Below, piece after piece: positions 12,123 through 22,646 of a DNA stretch of 64,000 bases. The notes below the pieces were generated by a model. That model did no database searches. It saw nothing but the letters and a program-made list of their open reading frames with translations, and was not told the origin of the DNA. The DNA comes from Thermodesulfobacteriota bacterium (GTDB lineage Bacteria; Desulfobacterota_D; UBA1144; Nemesobacterales; Nemesobacteraceae), in the NCBI GenBank assembly GCA_965204665.1, contig OZ242002.1:1590336-1654335 (forward strand), in the 5' to 3' direction. Position numbers and translations under genes: made by a program. The stretch's first letter is position 1, and each line of letters opens with the position of its first letter.

Positions 12123-13130
12123 TCAACTTTCATCGTCTTTTTCAGATATAACTTGAGTCAGAACTGTAGAGTCTACGAGAAATCTATCGCACCGGGATAG
12201 GTCAATCGCATACCGTACATTCTCTACCCCCGCAAGAAACATCTTTGGGGTGATGCGTGGAAATTCTTCGCGGACTTCAAATAAAGATGCGTTTCCTATC
12301 AGTAAAGGGTTATCAGAATAGTCGTCGTTCCAGTCGAAACCTGCAGCATTCAGATATTCTTCAAATCTTATTGCTGCCGATATGTCCAGACTGGCGATTT
12401 TTTCGCGGACGCGAGAGGCGACATCAGCGACCGTTATCGACCCGGAATTGCTTGGAGCTAAAGACACCTCAATGACATGAAGAAACAGACGGGTGGTTTC
12501 GAAGGTGTCAAGTTGCTCTGCCGAGGAAATCCTTACGCTGTGCACATGGAAAGACTTAGTCTTGGCTTCAATGCCGGTCCGTCCCACCAAAAAGTCTTTT
12601 TTCCCGCCGACCGGACCTGTCCATGCTAGTACGGCATCAATAGGAGCGATGGTTGGAATCAGATAGTGTTCCAACACATAGAGTTCGCCGGTCAGACCTT
12701 TCTGCTCTTCTTGAGTCAGACGGTCGTCACTGCCTTTTCTTAACAGTCTGTGCCAACGCCAAGTTCGGACTAGAAAGCGCTCGATAGCTTCTGCTTCAGA
12801 GTGGGAAATGCGGGTGGAGTCAACAATGTCCCTACAGAAATGATGAAATACCTCCCTCTGTTCGCCGTCTGTCAGGCGAATGATTAACCGTCCTCCTGAT
12901 TGATTTTCTGTTGGCTGTGCCTCGACGCGGAGCCCTCGTAGCTTGGGCAAACGTCGAGAGGAACTGTATTCGGAACTATGCTGGAGAATTAGGAGGCAGT
13001 GGCACTGACTGTCTAACGCCCAATAGAGCCCCCAAGCATAGGATCCAACATCTGATATACGTCGTGCATTAATTCCAGCGTTTTTGTGTGGTGGTTCAAT
13101 GTTTTTCCACGGGTCGTCAGTTGACATCAT
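12123..13130 (-). CDS. PD-(D/E)XK motif protein (DUF4420-like)
   Basis: EQKGLTGEL, WTGP..KDF, IEAKT, ISSAEQLD; lies between Z1 and AIPR; start approximate. Confidence 0.82.
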   Translation of the reverse strand: MMSTDDPWKNIEPPHKNAGINARRISDVGSYAWGLYWALDSQCHCLLILQHSSEYSSSRRLPKLRGLRVEAQPTENQSGGRLIIRLTDGEQREVFHHFCRDIVDSTRISHSEAEAIERFLVRTWRWHRLLRKGSDDRLTQEEQKGLTGELYVLEHYLIPTIAPIDAVLAWTGPVGGKKDFLVGRTGIEAKTKSFHVHSVRISSAEQLDTFETTRLFLHVIEVSLAPSNSGSITVADVASRVREKIASLDISAAIRFEEYLNAAGFDWNDDYSDNPLLIGNASLFEVREEFPRITPKMFLAGVENVRYAIDLSRCDRFLVDSTVLTQVISEKDDES

Positions 13131-15843
13131 AGTCGTCCTCTTCGTCTGAGTCATCCTCGCCGTAATGTTCTTGGTACCAAGTTGTATTGACAACGTATTC
13201 GACCTTTTTCTCCTGATATTTTGTTTTAGGGAAGCCGATACTCCACGCAGTCACAGGCATGTTATAGATCAAGTTATCTTTTTCAGCAATTGCCAAAAGA
13301 TGTATGACGAGCAGAGGTTTGGTACGGACATTTTGGTATATCTTGTCTGGATAGTTCTGAGGGTTTCTGAGTGATGATCTTTTCTTGTTATATTCCTCCT
13401 CAGCGGCTTTTCTTTGCGCGTGAGTCAGATCAACTCTAGTAATCCCGCGGGAACTGACCCTTTGTTTATTGGTCACCATGATCATCTGTCTGTTGCTACG
13501 TCTACCGCAGGTTCGATATTGACATATGAGTTTAAATCCGAGGTCATAATTGACTAGGGATTTGCATTTGTGGGTATGATTCCCCGTAACTCCTGCAAAC
13601 AGAATATTCCATCTGCTTAGTTCGTCCCTGCTCCTATTTTCGATGTGTTGGCGGACGGGGTCGATATTCGTGAGATGGGATCCAGGATGGTTCTTGAAAT
13701 CTCTGAGAAATGCATCAACTAGATCTACCGGAACGTCATATACGAGGCGTTGGCCGTCTTTTCTATCATTCTCTGGTATATGGCCTTGAACCCGCATTGT
13801 GTTAACGAGTCGGATGGCGGCTTGGAGATTCGCTTTTATCGTAGATTCATCTCGATACAGAATCGCAGTTTCTATGAAACTTTTCTCAAGTCCGATTTGT
13901 ACGGTGTGGGTATTACTAGACCCCATCTTGTTGCGAGCTGTAACGACTAGGGTATCTGGGTGGCTGCGAATCTTGAGACCAAAATCCCTTGGTGTTGCAT
14001 TAGCGTTTTGCATTTGTACTAATTCATCTCGAAGTTCTTCTATAGAGTCAGTAATGTGCTCGTACCAGCCTTGAGCCTCCTCCGGCATCCAGATACGGCA
14101 AAGATCGTCGTATCCGTCGCGATAACCAAACCATCGACCCATCTGAAACAGCGTATCGTACATCATAGAGCGGCGGAGGAAGTAACTTACAGTCAATCCT
14201 TCGAGAGTGAGTCCGCGAGAAAGTGAAAATCCTCCAACCGCGATCACGTTGAGTCCAGATGTCTCACAGTCGTTATAGTTGAGCAACCCGGTGGCACGAC
14301 TGTTTATTTCTACAACAGTAATAGCGTTGATACTCTTATACATATATTTTTGAATTTCCGACCAAGACTCCTTGTAGGTAACGTAATGCTTCTTATAGGC
14401 ATTATGTAGTTTGGCAAGTTCTGGATCCCCAAAAACTTCATTGACGGGTCTAGCGCCATTTATCTTGATACTTGATGAGATTCGGTCAACGAACTCCTGT
14501 ATTTTGTTGCGGGTCTGTTGTTGCACTGCAATGAAGCGAGAGACATTTACAAGCATTGAGTTGTGTGAGTGCGTCTGCCCCCGAATAAGTCTGATGGCTC
14601 GTGCTAGAATAAAGACACGAATAGATTCCTTGAGGCTCTCAGGTAACTCCGTGACAATGTGATTTTTCGGATGTGGCATCGGTAGCAGATCTTCATAGTC
14701 ATTAATATCGTGAAGCATTGTGTTCTGAGAGTTTCCAAACACTCGTGTTGGGCCAAAATAATTGGTAGGAGGATCAAGGCTCACGATGAAGTCACGTGGG
14801 AAGAGGTCATGTCCCACCATATCGTGCTCGGAGTCTGGATCAATGAATATGTTAGCGAAGGGGGTGGCTGTATAGCCAACATAGTTACTACGGTCGAACA
14901 GGTTGAGAAGTTGACGTATTTGACTGTTAATTCGCGATACTTCATCGCCGTTACGCTTGATATTTATTGAGGCATTGTCTGCTTCGTCATCAATAAGCAG
15001 CATCGGTTCTTGGATTGTGTCGGTCCCAAGATGTTGTGCATTGTGGGTCTTCAACCAGTCTATTAGGTTTCGGAGCGTATTAGAGTTTTTCTTAATCACA
15101 AACACAGCCGGTTCGCGAAGATTTTTCAGAGGGATGTTTAGGCTCTCCGCTATACCTTTGTGAAAGTCCCTGTAAGAAGTGGTGAAGGCATTTGGTCTGT
15201 ACCGTTGGTCATATTTTCCTACGCCGACGAGGAACCGTTTCGATTTGGTGGTTGCACTGAATCCGATGAATCCTTCATCCACGCGTTGCTGAGTCTGATT
15301 GCGGAGTCTGTTCTGCGATCCCGCAATTATAATAACCACCTTATACCCGGCATCTGCAGCCTTGGTTATAAGGCCTATGTAATTTGCTGTTTTCCCTGAT
15401 TGTACATGGCCCATGACCATGCCTCTTCGATCCCATTTTCCGGTCTTGTTCGGGTTTTCAAGTAATCCGAGGATTCTATCCGTTACGTTGCTTAGCCCTG
15501 CAAGAACTTGACTGGAGAGTCCTTTTTCGGTCATGAAATCTCGATATCGTCCCCAGTAATAATTTTTGAAGTCGATACCGGAACGTGATGTATCTAACCA
15601 AGGTTCGAATTCTTCCTGACCTTCTAACGCTGCGCCGTCCGTCATTATAACTCCGTGAATGGTTTCAAACTCAATCGCTAGATTTTCAGCCTCCTCATCG
15701 GTCACCCTAGGGCAGGCGAGTCGAACTTCGGCGATGATTTCGCGTATACGTTGTTGTGTTGGAATTTCCTTTTCGCTAGCCAGAAGAGCTCTAACAAGTA
15801 TCCTCAGTTTGTCTATTTCATTCACTAACCTTCTGGCCTCCAT
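13117..15843 (-). CDS. Z1-domain protein with SF2 helicase-like N-terminus
   Basis: GHVQSGKT, LIDDEAD, GYTATPFAN, LSRGLTLEGL, DTLFQMGRWFGYR. Confidence 0.9.
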   Translation of the reverse strand: MEARRLVNEIDKLRILVRALLASEKEIPTQQRIREIIAEVRLACPRVTDEEAENLAIEFETIHGVIMTDGAALEGQEEFEPWLDTSRSGIDFKNYYWGRYRDFMTEKGLSSQVLAGLSNVTDRILGLLENPNKTGKWDRRGMVMGHVQSGKTANYIGLITKAADAGYKVVIIIAGSQNRLRNQTQQRVDEGFIGFSATTKSKRFLVGVGKYDQRYRPNAFTTSYRDFHKGIAESLNIPLKNLREPAVFVIKKNSNTLRNLIDWLKTHNAQHLGTDTIQEPMLLIDDEADNASINIKRNGDEVSRINSQIRQLLNLFDRSNYVGYTATPFANIFIDPDSEHDMVGHDLFPRDFIVSLDPPTNYFGPTRVFGNSQNTMLHDINDYEDLLPMPHPKNHIVTELPESLKESIRVFILARAIRLIRGQTHSHNSMLVNVSRFIAVQQQTRNKIQEFVDRISSSIKINGARPVNEVFGDPELAKLHNAYKKHYVTYKESWSEIQKYMYKSINAITVVEINSRATGLLNYNDCETSGLNVIAVGGFSLSRGLTLEGLTVSYFLRRSMMYDTLFQMGRWFGYRDGYDDLCRIWMPEEAQGWYEHITDSIEELRDELVQMQNANATPRDFGLKIRSHPDTLVVTARNKMGSSNTHTVQIGLEKSFIETAILYRDESTIKANLQAAIRLVNTMRVQGHIPENDRKDGQRLVYDVPVDLVDAFLRDFKNHPGSHLTNIDPVRQHIENRSRDELSRWNILFAGVTGNHTHKCKSLVNYDLGFKLICQYRTCGRRSNRQMIMVTNKQRVSSRGITRVDLTHAQRKAAEEEYNKKRSSLRNPQNYPDKIYQNVRTKPLLVIHLLAIAEKDNLIYNMPVTAWSIGFPKTKYQEKKVEYVVNTTWYQEHYGEDDSDEEDDYDVN

Positions 15844-17324
15844 TTTCTCTTGCAGATAGCGTCTATTGTCTTAGATGTCTCTGTCCAATATGTTTGAAAT
15901 GGTTCCGAGGAACGCATCCATTCCTTGATTTCGATTGGTGACAGTTCCTGACTTCGGAGGATGTGCCACATTGAAGATGTGATTTCTTGGATATCCTCCG
16001 AACCAATATACGGTGGTCCGACTTCCTCTGGTTTGTCACTAACATCAATATGCAGGGCGTCTAACGGAAAGGTTGATGCGATTAGGCGAAGAATTCGTTC
16101 GAATTCACTCGCCTTTCGGGGTTCGAGATTGTTCCTGAATGTTGAAATTAACGGATGCTTCTCGTCAATATGATATGAGATGGAATTTTTGCCCTGTACC
16201 CTTTTCCAGACTGGGAGACGATTGTTTTCGGTAAGTTTGGTGCCCCTGCCTGTGTGGGCTCGGCGTGACGGCATACCCATTTTCTCTATGATTTTTCTTA
16301 GACGGTTACGAACAGGTGCCGGAGGCTGGGCAGAGGATTTCTTGATGTCTATTTTCCACTCGGCATCAAGGGTGTTTGGGATGTCTATCCCTACACGAGC
16401 AAGTTTTGTGAGTTCAAGTTTACGGGCTAGATTAAACCAAGTTCCATTAACGATCAGACGTCGATTACGATACAGATAAAATCCTTGGTTGCTTACATAG
16501 CCCTCCGGTCCACCGTATTTTTCCCAGTTCTTTTTAGAAACCTTGTCGTGATGTGGAAGTGTTATAGGCCAGATATTAATCTCACTGCCGTCTGGACCAC
16601 CTATAACTTCCCTTTGATGGTGTTGTGTTGCTGGATGATTTGAGTGAAAGGGGTCAAAGTGTTGCAATTCTCGATTATTCATCGAGATCGTCAGACGCCG
16701 ACCTCCCTGACCGGATAGAAAACGATGGAAGACCAATTCAATGTGGGATATGGATTCATTCAACTGCCGTAGTAGGTCGTCTCTATTTTTCTGGTCGTTA
16801 GAACCAACGAGGCGATCAATCTTTTCCCAAACTATCAAGGTGCCGTCACTTTGCAGTTCTTCTGACCAGCGAATAGTTTCGGGACTTTCTGGAAGGTCAA
16901 CTACCCACTTATCACGCTTCACAACAGTGTCTAAGTCCCAAATTGCACAGGAGGTGATCGAGTCTTTTTTTGTGACTACGGCGAGACGCCGACATTGCGA
17001 AAAGGATGCTGTCTTTAAACCGAGACCAAACCGTCCGAGGTCGTCTACAGTCCGGTTCTCAGTCGGACTTTTGGTGCCGGGTCGCATCGCCTCAAGTAGT
17101 TCCTTCTCACTCATACCGACCCCGTCGTCGAGTATGCCGATTGCCGGCTGTTCATTATGAGTGTCTGCAAATAACTGAATGTTTCTGGCTCCGGCAGTGA
17201 TTGAGTTGTCGATGATGTCGGCGAGAGCTGTCTGCAGCGAGTAGCCCATGTCACGAAGACTCTCCACCAAGGATGATGCGCGCGGGGGAAGTTCTAACTC
17301 TCCTTGTCGAAAATTCCTAGTCAT
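15825..17324 (-). CDS. GHKL (MutL/MORC-like) ATPase
   Basis: LADIIDNSITA, DDGVGM, DLGRFGLGLKTASFS, GTLIVW, QGFYLYRN. Confidence 0.9.
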   Translation of the reverse strand: MTRNFRQGELELPPRASSLVESLRDMGYSLQTALADIIDNSITAGARNIQLFADTHNEQPAIGILDDGVGMSEKELLEAMRPGTKSPTENRTVDDLGRFGLGLKTASFSQCRRLAVVTKKDSITSCAIWDLDTVVKRDKWVVDLPESPETIRWSEELQSDGTLIVWEKIDRLVGSNDQKNRDDLLRQLNESISHIELVFHRFLSGQGGRRLTISMNNRELQHFDPFHSNHPATQHHQREVIGGPDGSEINIWPITLPHHDKVSKKNWEKYGGPEGYVSNQGFYLYRNRRLIVNGTWFNLARKLELTKLARVGIDIPNTLDAEWKIDIKKSSAQPPAPVRNRLRKIIEKMGMPSRRAHTGRGTKLTENNRLPVWKRVQGKNSISYHIDEKHPLISTFRNNLEPRKASEFERILRLIASTFPLDALHIDVSDKPEEVGPPYIGSEDIQEITSSMWHILRSQELSPIEIKEWMRSSEPFQTYWTETSKTIDAICKRKWRPEG

Positions 17325-18981
17325 GAGATGACCTCTCTCAAGAACGGGACTGATATTGAGTCATTATCTGACGGCTGGGGAGAGTTTGCCGATTGAACTG
17401 CCCTGTTCTGTTCGGTGGTGCTATCTTGATGTTCAAATACATTCCATATCTGTTGTGCGATTTGCCACGCAAGATAGGGAGGAACTGCATTGCCAACCTG
17501 TACATACTGTTGTGTGCGTGTGCCGTGGAAGAAATAGTTGTCTGGGAATGTCTGAAGACGAGCGGCCTCGCGGACTGTAAGACTGCGGCACTGAGCCGGG
17601 TCAGGATGAATAAAATAGTGACCGTCCTTTGAGATATGACTTGTAATTGTTGTGGAAGGGTGATCTTCTAGTTGTACTCTGAAACGGTCGTTAAACTTGC
17701 CCGTGTTCCAATTTTTATGTTTAGCAGCCAGCGCTTGCGGGAAATCGCGGGCCTTAGGTGACCTGCCGAACACAGAAGCATAGGCCGAGGCATAGAGATA
17801 TCTGCCTAGATGCTCATCAAGGTGTCCCCTAGACTCATTGTTGGGCAGTCGCGTCAGTCTGGGGTCAAATATCCAGTCGCGCAGATATGCAGGGCATGTA
17901 TTCGGAAAGTCGGTTTCACCTTCTACCTCACGGTAAGGTGGAACTTCACCTTCTGTAAATTCAAGGGCGCGGTTAAGTGATGCTTGGAATTTCCGCTCTG
18001 TGTCCGATGACATGGCGGGCAGATGCTGAAGAGCCAGACTGTATGCTTTTTTCAGGGCTTGTTGCCACGAGGAATCGTTATCGTCTCGGCTGAGTCGACT
18101 TCGAAGCGTCGGCATTGTGCCGATGACATCCTGTACGGATACTGGGGTTGTACTTCGGTCAAGTTTCGGCAGGAATTCACTTTGCAGATTGGCTGCGACA
18201 TCACGACGAATGCAGATGACGAATACTCGGTGTCGTCTCTGCGGTATGCCGTACTCTTCGGCATGAACGAGAAAGTCCTTGGGATCTAATCTGCTGTCAT
18301 GTGGTAGTAAGTCTGTAGGGGGTTGTGTGAGGGATACGAGGCAATACCCCCCCCTTGTGTGAGCGTGTCCATGACGTTAGCAAATAATGATTGGCCGTTG
18401 TGCTTGGCTGAAAGAATACCTTTTACATTCTCCATTACCGCTACTGCCGGTTGTAACTGCTCAAGAATCTTCGCGAATTCCAAGTAGAGCGTTTGTCGCT
18501 CATCTTTGTTGGGGTCATAGTTGTTATTACCTGAATTTCTAGCTCTGCCGACTACCGAATAGGATTGGCATGGAGGCCCTCCAAGCAGAACGGTTCTATT
18601 GCCGTGTGCTGCACATATCTTCGCGACCCGGTCTCGAACGAGAGATCTGACCTTAGGTGTTCCCAACTTCAAACACAAAGTCTCACTACAAGCCTCCTGC
18701 CACTCGCACGGATAAAGTTTCCCCCAGTCGGGTTCCTCTACAAGAACTCCGTTGAGGAAGTCATAATATTCCGGCGGGTATTCTGAAGGAAATTTTCTTA
18801 GGAACCCCCTCAGTACCAGTGTACGATGAGCTGCCGGTTCCATTTCAACTGAGAGAATGGGATTAAAATGAGGGTGTCCAAGAGGACCTCGTAAAGAGGC
18901 AAATCCCTCGGCTAACCCTCCCGGGCCGGAAAATAGATCAATAATTGGGACAGGACCCCGATCATGATTAATCGGCTGCAT
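17321..18981 (-). CDS. dcm: DNA (cytosine-5) methyltransferase split by a frameshift at a G8 tract (18347-18354)
   Basis: IDLFSGPGG, GGPPCQ and MENVKG in the 5' ORF; the shifted frame reads YCLVSL...EYGIPQRRHRVF and continues into LTVREAARLQTFPD and QVGNAVPP; G9 joins both parts. Confidence 0.88.
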
Positions 18982-19221
18982 GGTTTGATGGTGAAACGAT
19001 GAAGGAGGGTTGCTTGATCTTCCTTGGATAAGGTGAGGCTGTTTTTTACGTGCTCCCATTAAGATTCGCAAAAATCAAGGCGTAACTAATTAATCCCGAA
19101 TGATATAACTGCCAGGATTGATTGTCAAATTTGAAAAGTACTCGATCAATAATGTCTCCTATTGAAATTTCATGCACTAAAGACTAAAAGGACAGACCAT
19201 ACTTACAATGAGATCATGCCG

Positions 19222-19683
19222 CTACTGTATTTCGCTTTCCCCGGAAGTTTCCACATAGTTTTTTTCCCCGCCGGTCTCAAGATAAACCCCCTTCTTATCC
19301 ACCCCCGCATATTTCATAAGTTCGTAGTAAGCGGAGCGAAGCAGCCGCGCCGTGAATTTTCCGTCTTTTACAGTTACGTAAGGAATGTTTTCTCCCGCTA
19401 TACGGAGTGTTGAAAAGTCGAGTTTTTCTTCCGTCTCGTCGTTCAGTCTCAGTAGAAACCCGTTTTCCGTTCCCGATACCATAGTAACCACGAAAGGAGT
19501 ATCTTCGCACTCGACATAAACCCTGATGTCGCCCTCGCGCACAAAAAGCCTTCCTCTGGCGTCTTTGTCCAAGTTCCTGTTGTTCTCAAGGTATGTCCAC
19601 CTGTGGGTTATCCTTATGCCGTCCTGAAACCACCTGCCTCGGCTGTCTATGAATATTCTCGGCTCTGCCCGTTCGTATTTCAT
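19222..19683 (-). CDS. Conserved hypothetical protein (DUF1285-like)
   Basis: [33 protein letters not shown] pattern. Confidence 0.6.
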   Translation of the reverse strand: MKYERAEPRIFIDSRGRWFQDGIRITHRWTYLENNRNLDKDARGRLFVREGDIRVYVECEDTPFVVTMVSGTENGFLLRLNDETEEKLDFSTLRIAGENIPYVTVKDGKFTARLLRSAYYELMKYAGVDKKGVYLETGGEKNYVETSGESEIQ

Positions 19684-20093
19684 ATGCCCATAGCTTTTAC
19701 GACTACTCTTTTCCTTCTTTTTCCATCAAATTCTCCGTAGAAAATTTCCTGCCACGGACCTAAATCAAGTTCACTTTTCGTTATCGGAACCACGACTTGG
19801 TGGTGAATAAGAAGGTTTTTCAGGTGAGCGTCCCCGTTATCTTCACCCGTGTCATGGTGCTTATAACTCTCTCTGAAAGGACATATGCGTTCAAGCCACT
19901 CCCATATATCCTCGAAAAGTCCTCCCTCAAGGTCATTCACGAATACAGAAGCCGTGATGTGCATTGCGGATACAAGTACAAATCCTTCCGTTATCCCGCT
20001 GCGCTGCACGATCTGTCCTATCTCGGGGGTTATGTGCACCAGCTCTTTTTTTTCCGAGGTATTGAACCATAGATATTCCGTGTGAGATTTCAT
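19680..20093 (-). CDS. yjbQ: YjbQ/UPF0047 family protein
   Basis: [34 protein letters not shown]. Confidence 0.9.
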   Translation of the reverse strand: MKSHTEYLWFNTSEKKELVHITPEIGQIVQRSGITEGFVLVSAMHITASVFVNDLEGGLFEDIWEWLERICPFRESYKHHDTGEDNGDAHLKNLLIHHQVVVPITKSELDLGPWQEIFYGEFDGKRRKRVVVKAMGI

Positions 20094-20243
20094 TTCGACT
20101 CCTTCAGGATTTTTTCTTTTACTATACTTCTTTGTCGGCGAATTTTAAGGTTCTGTTTCTTTTTCCGGTACCTGTTGTAGTTTAATCGTCTCTTTATTCG
20201 GATATGTTATCTAGGAATATTTTCAGTAAAGAGTTGTCGGCGG

Positions 20244-21539
20244 ATGAAAATAGCGGTTATAGGCACAGGTTATGTCGGACTTGTCACCGGCGCATGCTTC
20301 GCGGGGAGCGGAAACAGCGTTATATGCGTCGACATAGACAAGGATAAGATAGATTTTCTCAATCAGGCCAGGATTCCGTTTTTTGAACCGGGACTTGACG
20401 AGATAGTGCACGCCAACATGGAAGAACGGAGGCTTTTCTTTACAACGGACATAGCTGCCGCGGTAAAAGACTCCTTCCTGATATTCATCGCCGTCGGAAC
20501 CCCTCAGGGGTCGGATGGTGATGCCGACATCTCCGCGGTTCTCGATGTTGCGCGCTCGATAGGAAAAAATCTCAATGGATACAAAATAGTCATAACCAAA
20601 AGCACCGTCCCTGTGGGCACCACCGAGAAGGTGCGCGATACGATAAAGGCATTGAGCGGTGTGGAGTTCGGCGTCGCATCCAATCCGGAGTTCTTGAAAG
20701 AAGGAGCCGCGGTCGGGGATTTCCTCAAGCCGGAGAGGGTTGTGATAGGCGTTGAGAACGAATCGGTAGGCTCCGTACTGCGGGAACTTTATTCTCCCTT
20801 CATGCGGTCTTCCGACAGGACTGAAGTTGTTTCAATCAGGTCTTCGGAGATGTCCAAATACGCATCCAACGCGATGCTTGCGACCAGAATATCGTTTATG
20901 AACGATATAGCGAATTTGTGCGAACTTCTGGGTGCAAACGTATCGGAGGTACGTTCGGTCATGGGTTCCGATTCGAGAATAGGAAAATATTTTCTTTATC
21001 CGGGAGTGGGGTACGGGGGTTCATGTTTTCCCAAAGATGTAAAGGCTCTTGAAAAGATGGCGTTCGATGCGGGCTACGAATCAAAAGTGATAACTGCAGT
21101 GGACCGGGTCAATGCTGAACAGAAAGAGGTGTTTTTTGTGAAGATAAAGAACTTCTTCGTTGACCTTTCCGAAAGGCGTATAGCAGTGTGGGGGCTTTCC
21201 TTCAAACCGAACACAGATGACATAAGAGAGGCTCCTTCTCTTTACATCATATCCAGGTTGCTTGAATCAGGGTGCTCGGTCGCCGTGCATGACCCGGTTG
21301 CCATGCAGAACGCAAGGTCCGTGCTTTCGGACAGAGTGGATTATTTTGACTCCTATTACGACGCGTGCCGAGGTGCGGACGCTCTTGCGGTACACACAGA
21401 GTGGAGGCAGTACAGGCAGCCCAGTTTTGAGAGAATAAAGGAGATTATGAAGACTCCCGTGGTGTTTGACGGAAGAAATATTTACGATCGTAAAAAACTC
21501 GAGGACCTGGGTTTCAATTATTTCGGAGTGGGCAGGTGA
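20244..21539 (+). CDS. ugd: UDP-glucose 6-dehydrogenase
   Basis: IGTGYVG, KSTVPVGT, SNPEFLKEG, GYGGSCFPKD, FKPNTDDIRE. Confidence 0.95.
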   Translation: MKIAVIGTGYVGLVTGACFAGSGNSVICVDIDKDKIDFLNQARIPFFEPGLDEIVHANMEERRLFFTTDIAAAVKDSFLIFIAVGTPQGSDGDADISAVLDVARSIGKNLNGYKIVITKSTVPVGTTEKVRDTIKALSGVEFGVASNPEFLKEGAAVGDFLKPERVVIGVENESVGSVLRELYSPFMRSSDRTEVVSIRSSEMSKYASNAMLATRISFMNDIANLCELLGANVSEVRSVMGSDSRIGKYFLYPGVGYGGSCFPKDVKALEKMAFDAGYESKVITAVDRVNAEQKEVFFVKIKNFFVDLSERRIAVWGLSFKPNTDDIREAPSLYIISRLLESGCSVAVHDPVAMQNARSVLSDRVDYFDSYYDACRGADALAVHTEWRQYRQPSFERIKEIMKTPVVFDGRNIYDRKKLEDLGFNYFGVGR

Positions 21540-21570
21540 GCGGAACCGGGAATATGCGGGGATTTGGAGT

Positions 21571-22557
21571 ATGAATATTATTGTATCGGGTTGCGCCGGA
21601 TTCATAGGAGCGAGGGTATGTCAGTTTCTGCTCGGACGCGGAGACTGTGTGTTCGGCATTGACGACCTCTCCGACGGATACGACGTGAAGTTGAAACTTC
21701 ATCGTCTCGACCCGCTTTCCAGGTGTGAGAGATTTCAGTTTTTCAGATGCGACATATCTCAGAATCCGGCACTTATCTCGGTATATGCGGAGATAAGGAA
21801 AATCTGTTCCGGCGGCTCTGTTTCATGTGTGGTCAATCTTGCGGCTCGCGCCGGAGTTCGGGAGAGTATAAACGATCCGTGGTTATATTTTTCAACAAAC
21901 GTTATCGGAACCCTGAACCTGCTGGAACTCTGCCGCGCGGAAGAAATAGAAAAGTTTGTTCTGGCTTCCACATCAAGCGTTTACGGAGAAAACGACCCTC
22001 CATTCAACGAAGATATGAGGACCGACTTTCAGCTCTCTCCATACGGCTCCTCGAAAAAGTCGGCGGAAAGCATCTGCTCCGTTTACAACTCTCTTTACGG
22101 AACGGACATCTCCGTGCTACGATACTTTACCGTTTACGGACCTGCGGGAAGACCCGACATGAGCATTTTCCGATTCATAAGGTGGATAGAGGAAGGGGAA
22201 GAAGTGATCATATTAGGCGATGGAAAGCAGAAAAGAGATTTCACTTATGTGGATGATATTGCCGAAGGCACAGTGGCGGCTATAAAAAATCTAGGTTTTG
22301 AAATAATAAATCTCGGGAGTTGCGCTCCGATTTCCCTTAATGAAATCATAGAGGTGATTGAACACGCGACCGGGAAAAAAGCCGAGACGAATTGCGCCGC
22401 CGCGCATCCTTCGGATCCGAAAACCACACAGGCGAGCGTGGAGAAGGCGGGAAGACTCCTGGGTTGGGAACCCCGTTTCGATATAGAGACCGGAATAAGC
22501 AACTCAGTCGCTTGGTACGAGGAGAACAGGGGGTTTGCGCGCAGCATAGAAATGTGA
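21571..22557 (+). CDS. NAD-dependent nucleotide-sugar epimerase (UDP-glucuronate 4-epimerase-like)
   Basis: GCAGFIG, LAARAGVR, ASTSSVYG, YGSSK, LRYFTVYGPAGRPDM; follows ugd. Confidence 0.88.
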   Translation: MNIIVSGCAGFIGARVCQFLLGRGDCVFGIDDLSDGYDVKLKLHRLDPLSRCERFQFFRCDISQNPALISVYAEIRKICSGGSVSCVVNLAARAGVRESINDPWLYFSTNVIGTLNLLELCRAEEIEKFVLASTSSVYGENDPPFNEDMRTDFQLSPYGSSKKSAESICSVYNSLYGTDISVLRYFTVYGPAGRPDMSIFRFIRWIEEGEEVIILGDGKQKRDFTYVDDIAEGTVAAIKNLGFEIINLGSCAPISLNEIIEVIEHATGKKAETNCAAAHPSDPKTTQASVEKAGRLLGWEPRFDIETGISNSVAWYEENRGFARSIEM

Positions 22558-22646
22558 TTATGTCTGTGCGGCGGTCTTGACAGCGTCCCCGGAATTTTTT
22601 ATAAGATTTTATAAGACCTGTTTTCAGAATAGGAACGAATTTTACG

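Noticed and set aside
9515-19221. att-like direct repeats flanking the defence island
   Set aside because: None found by eye at either junction
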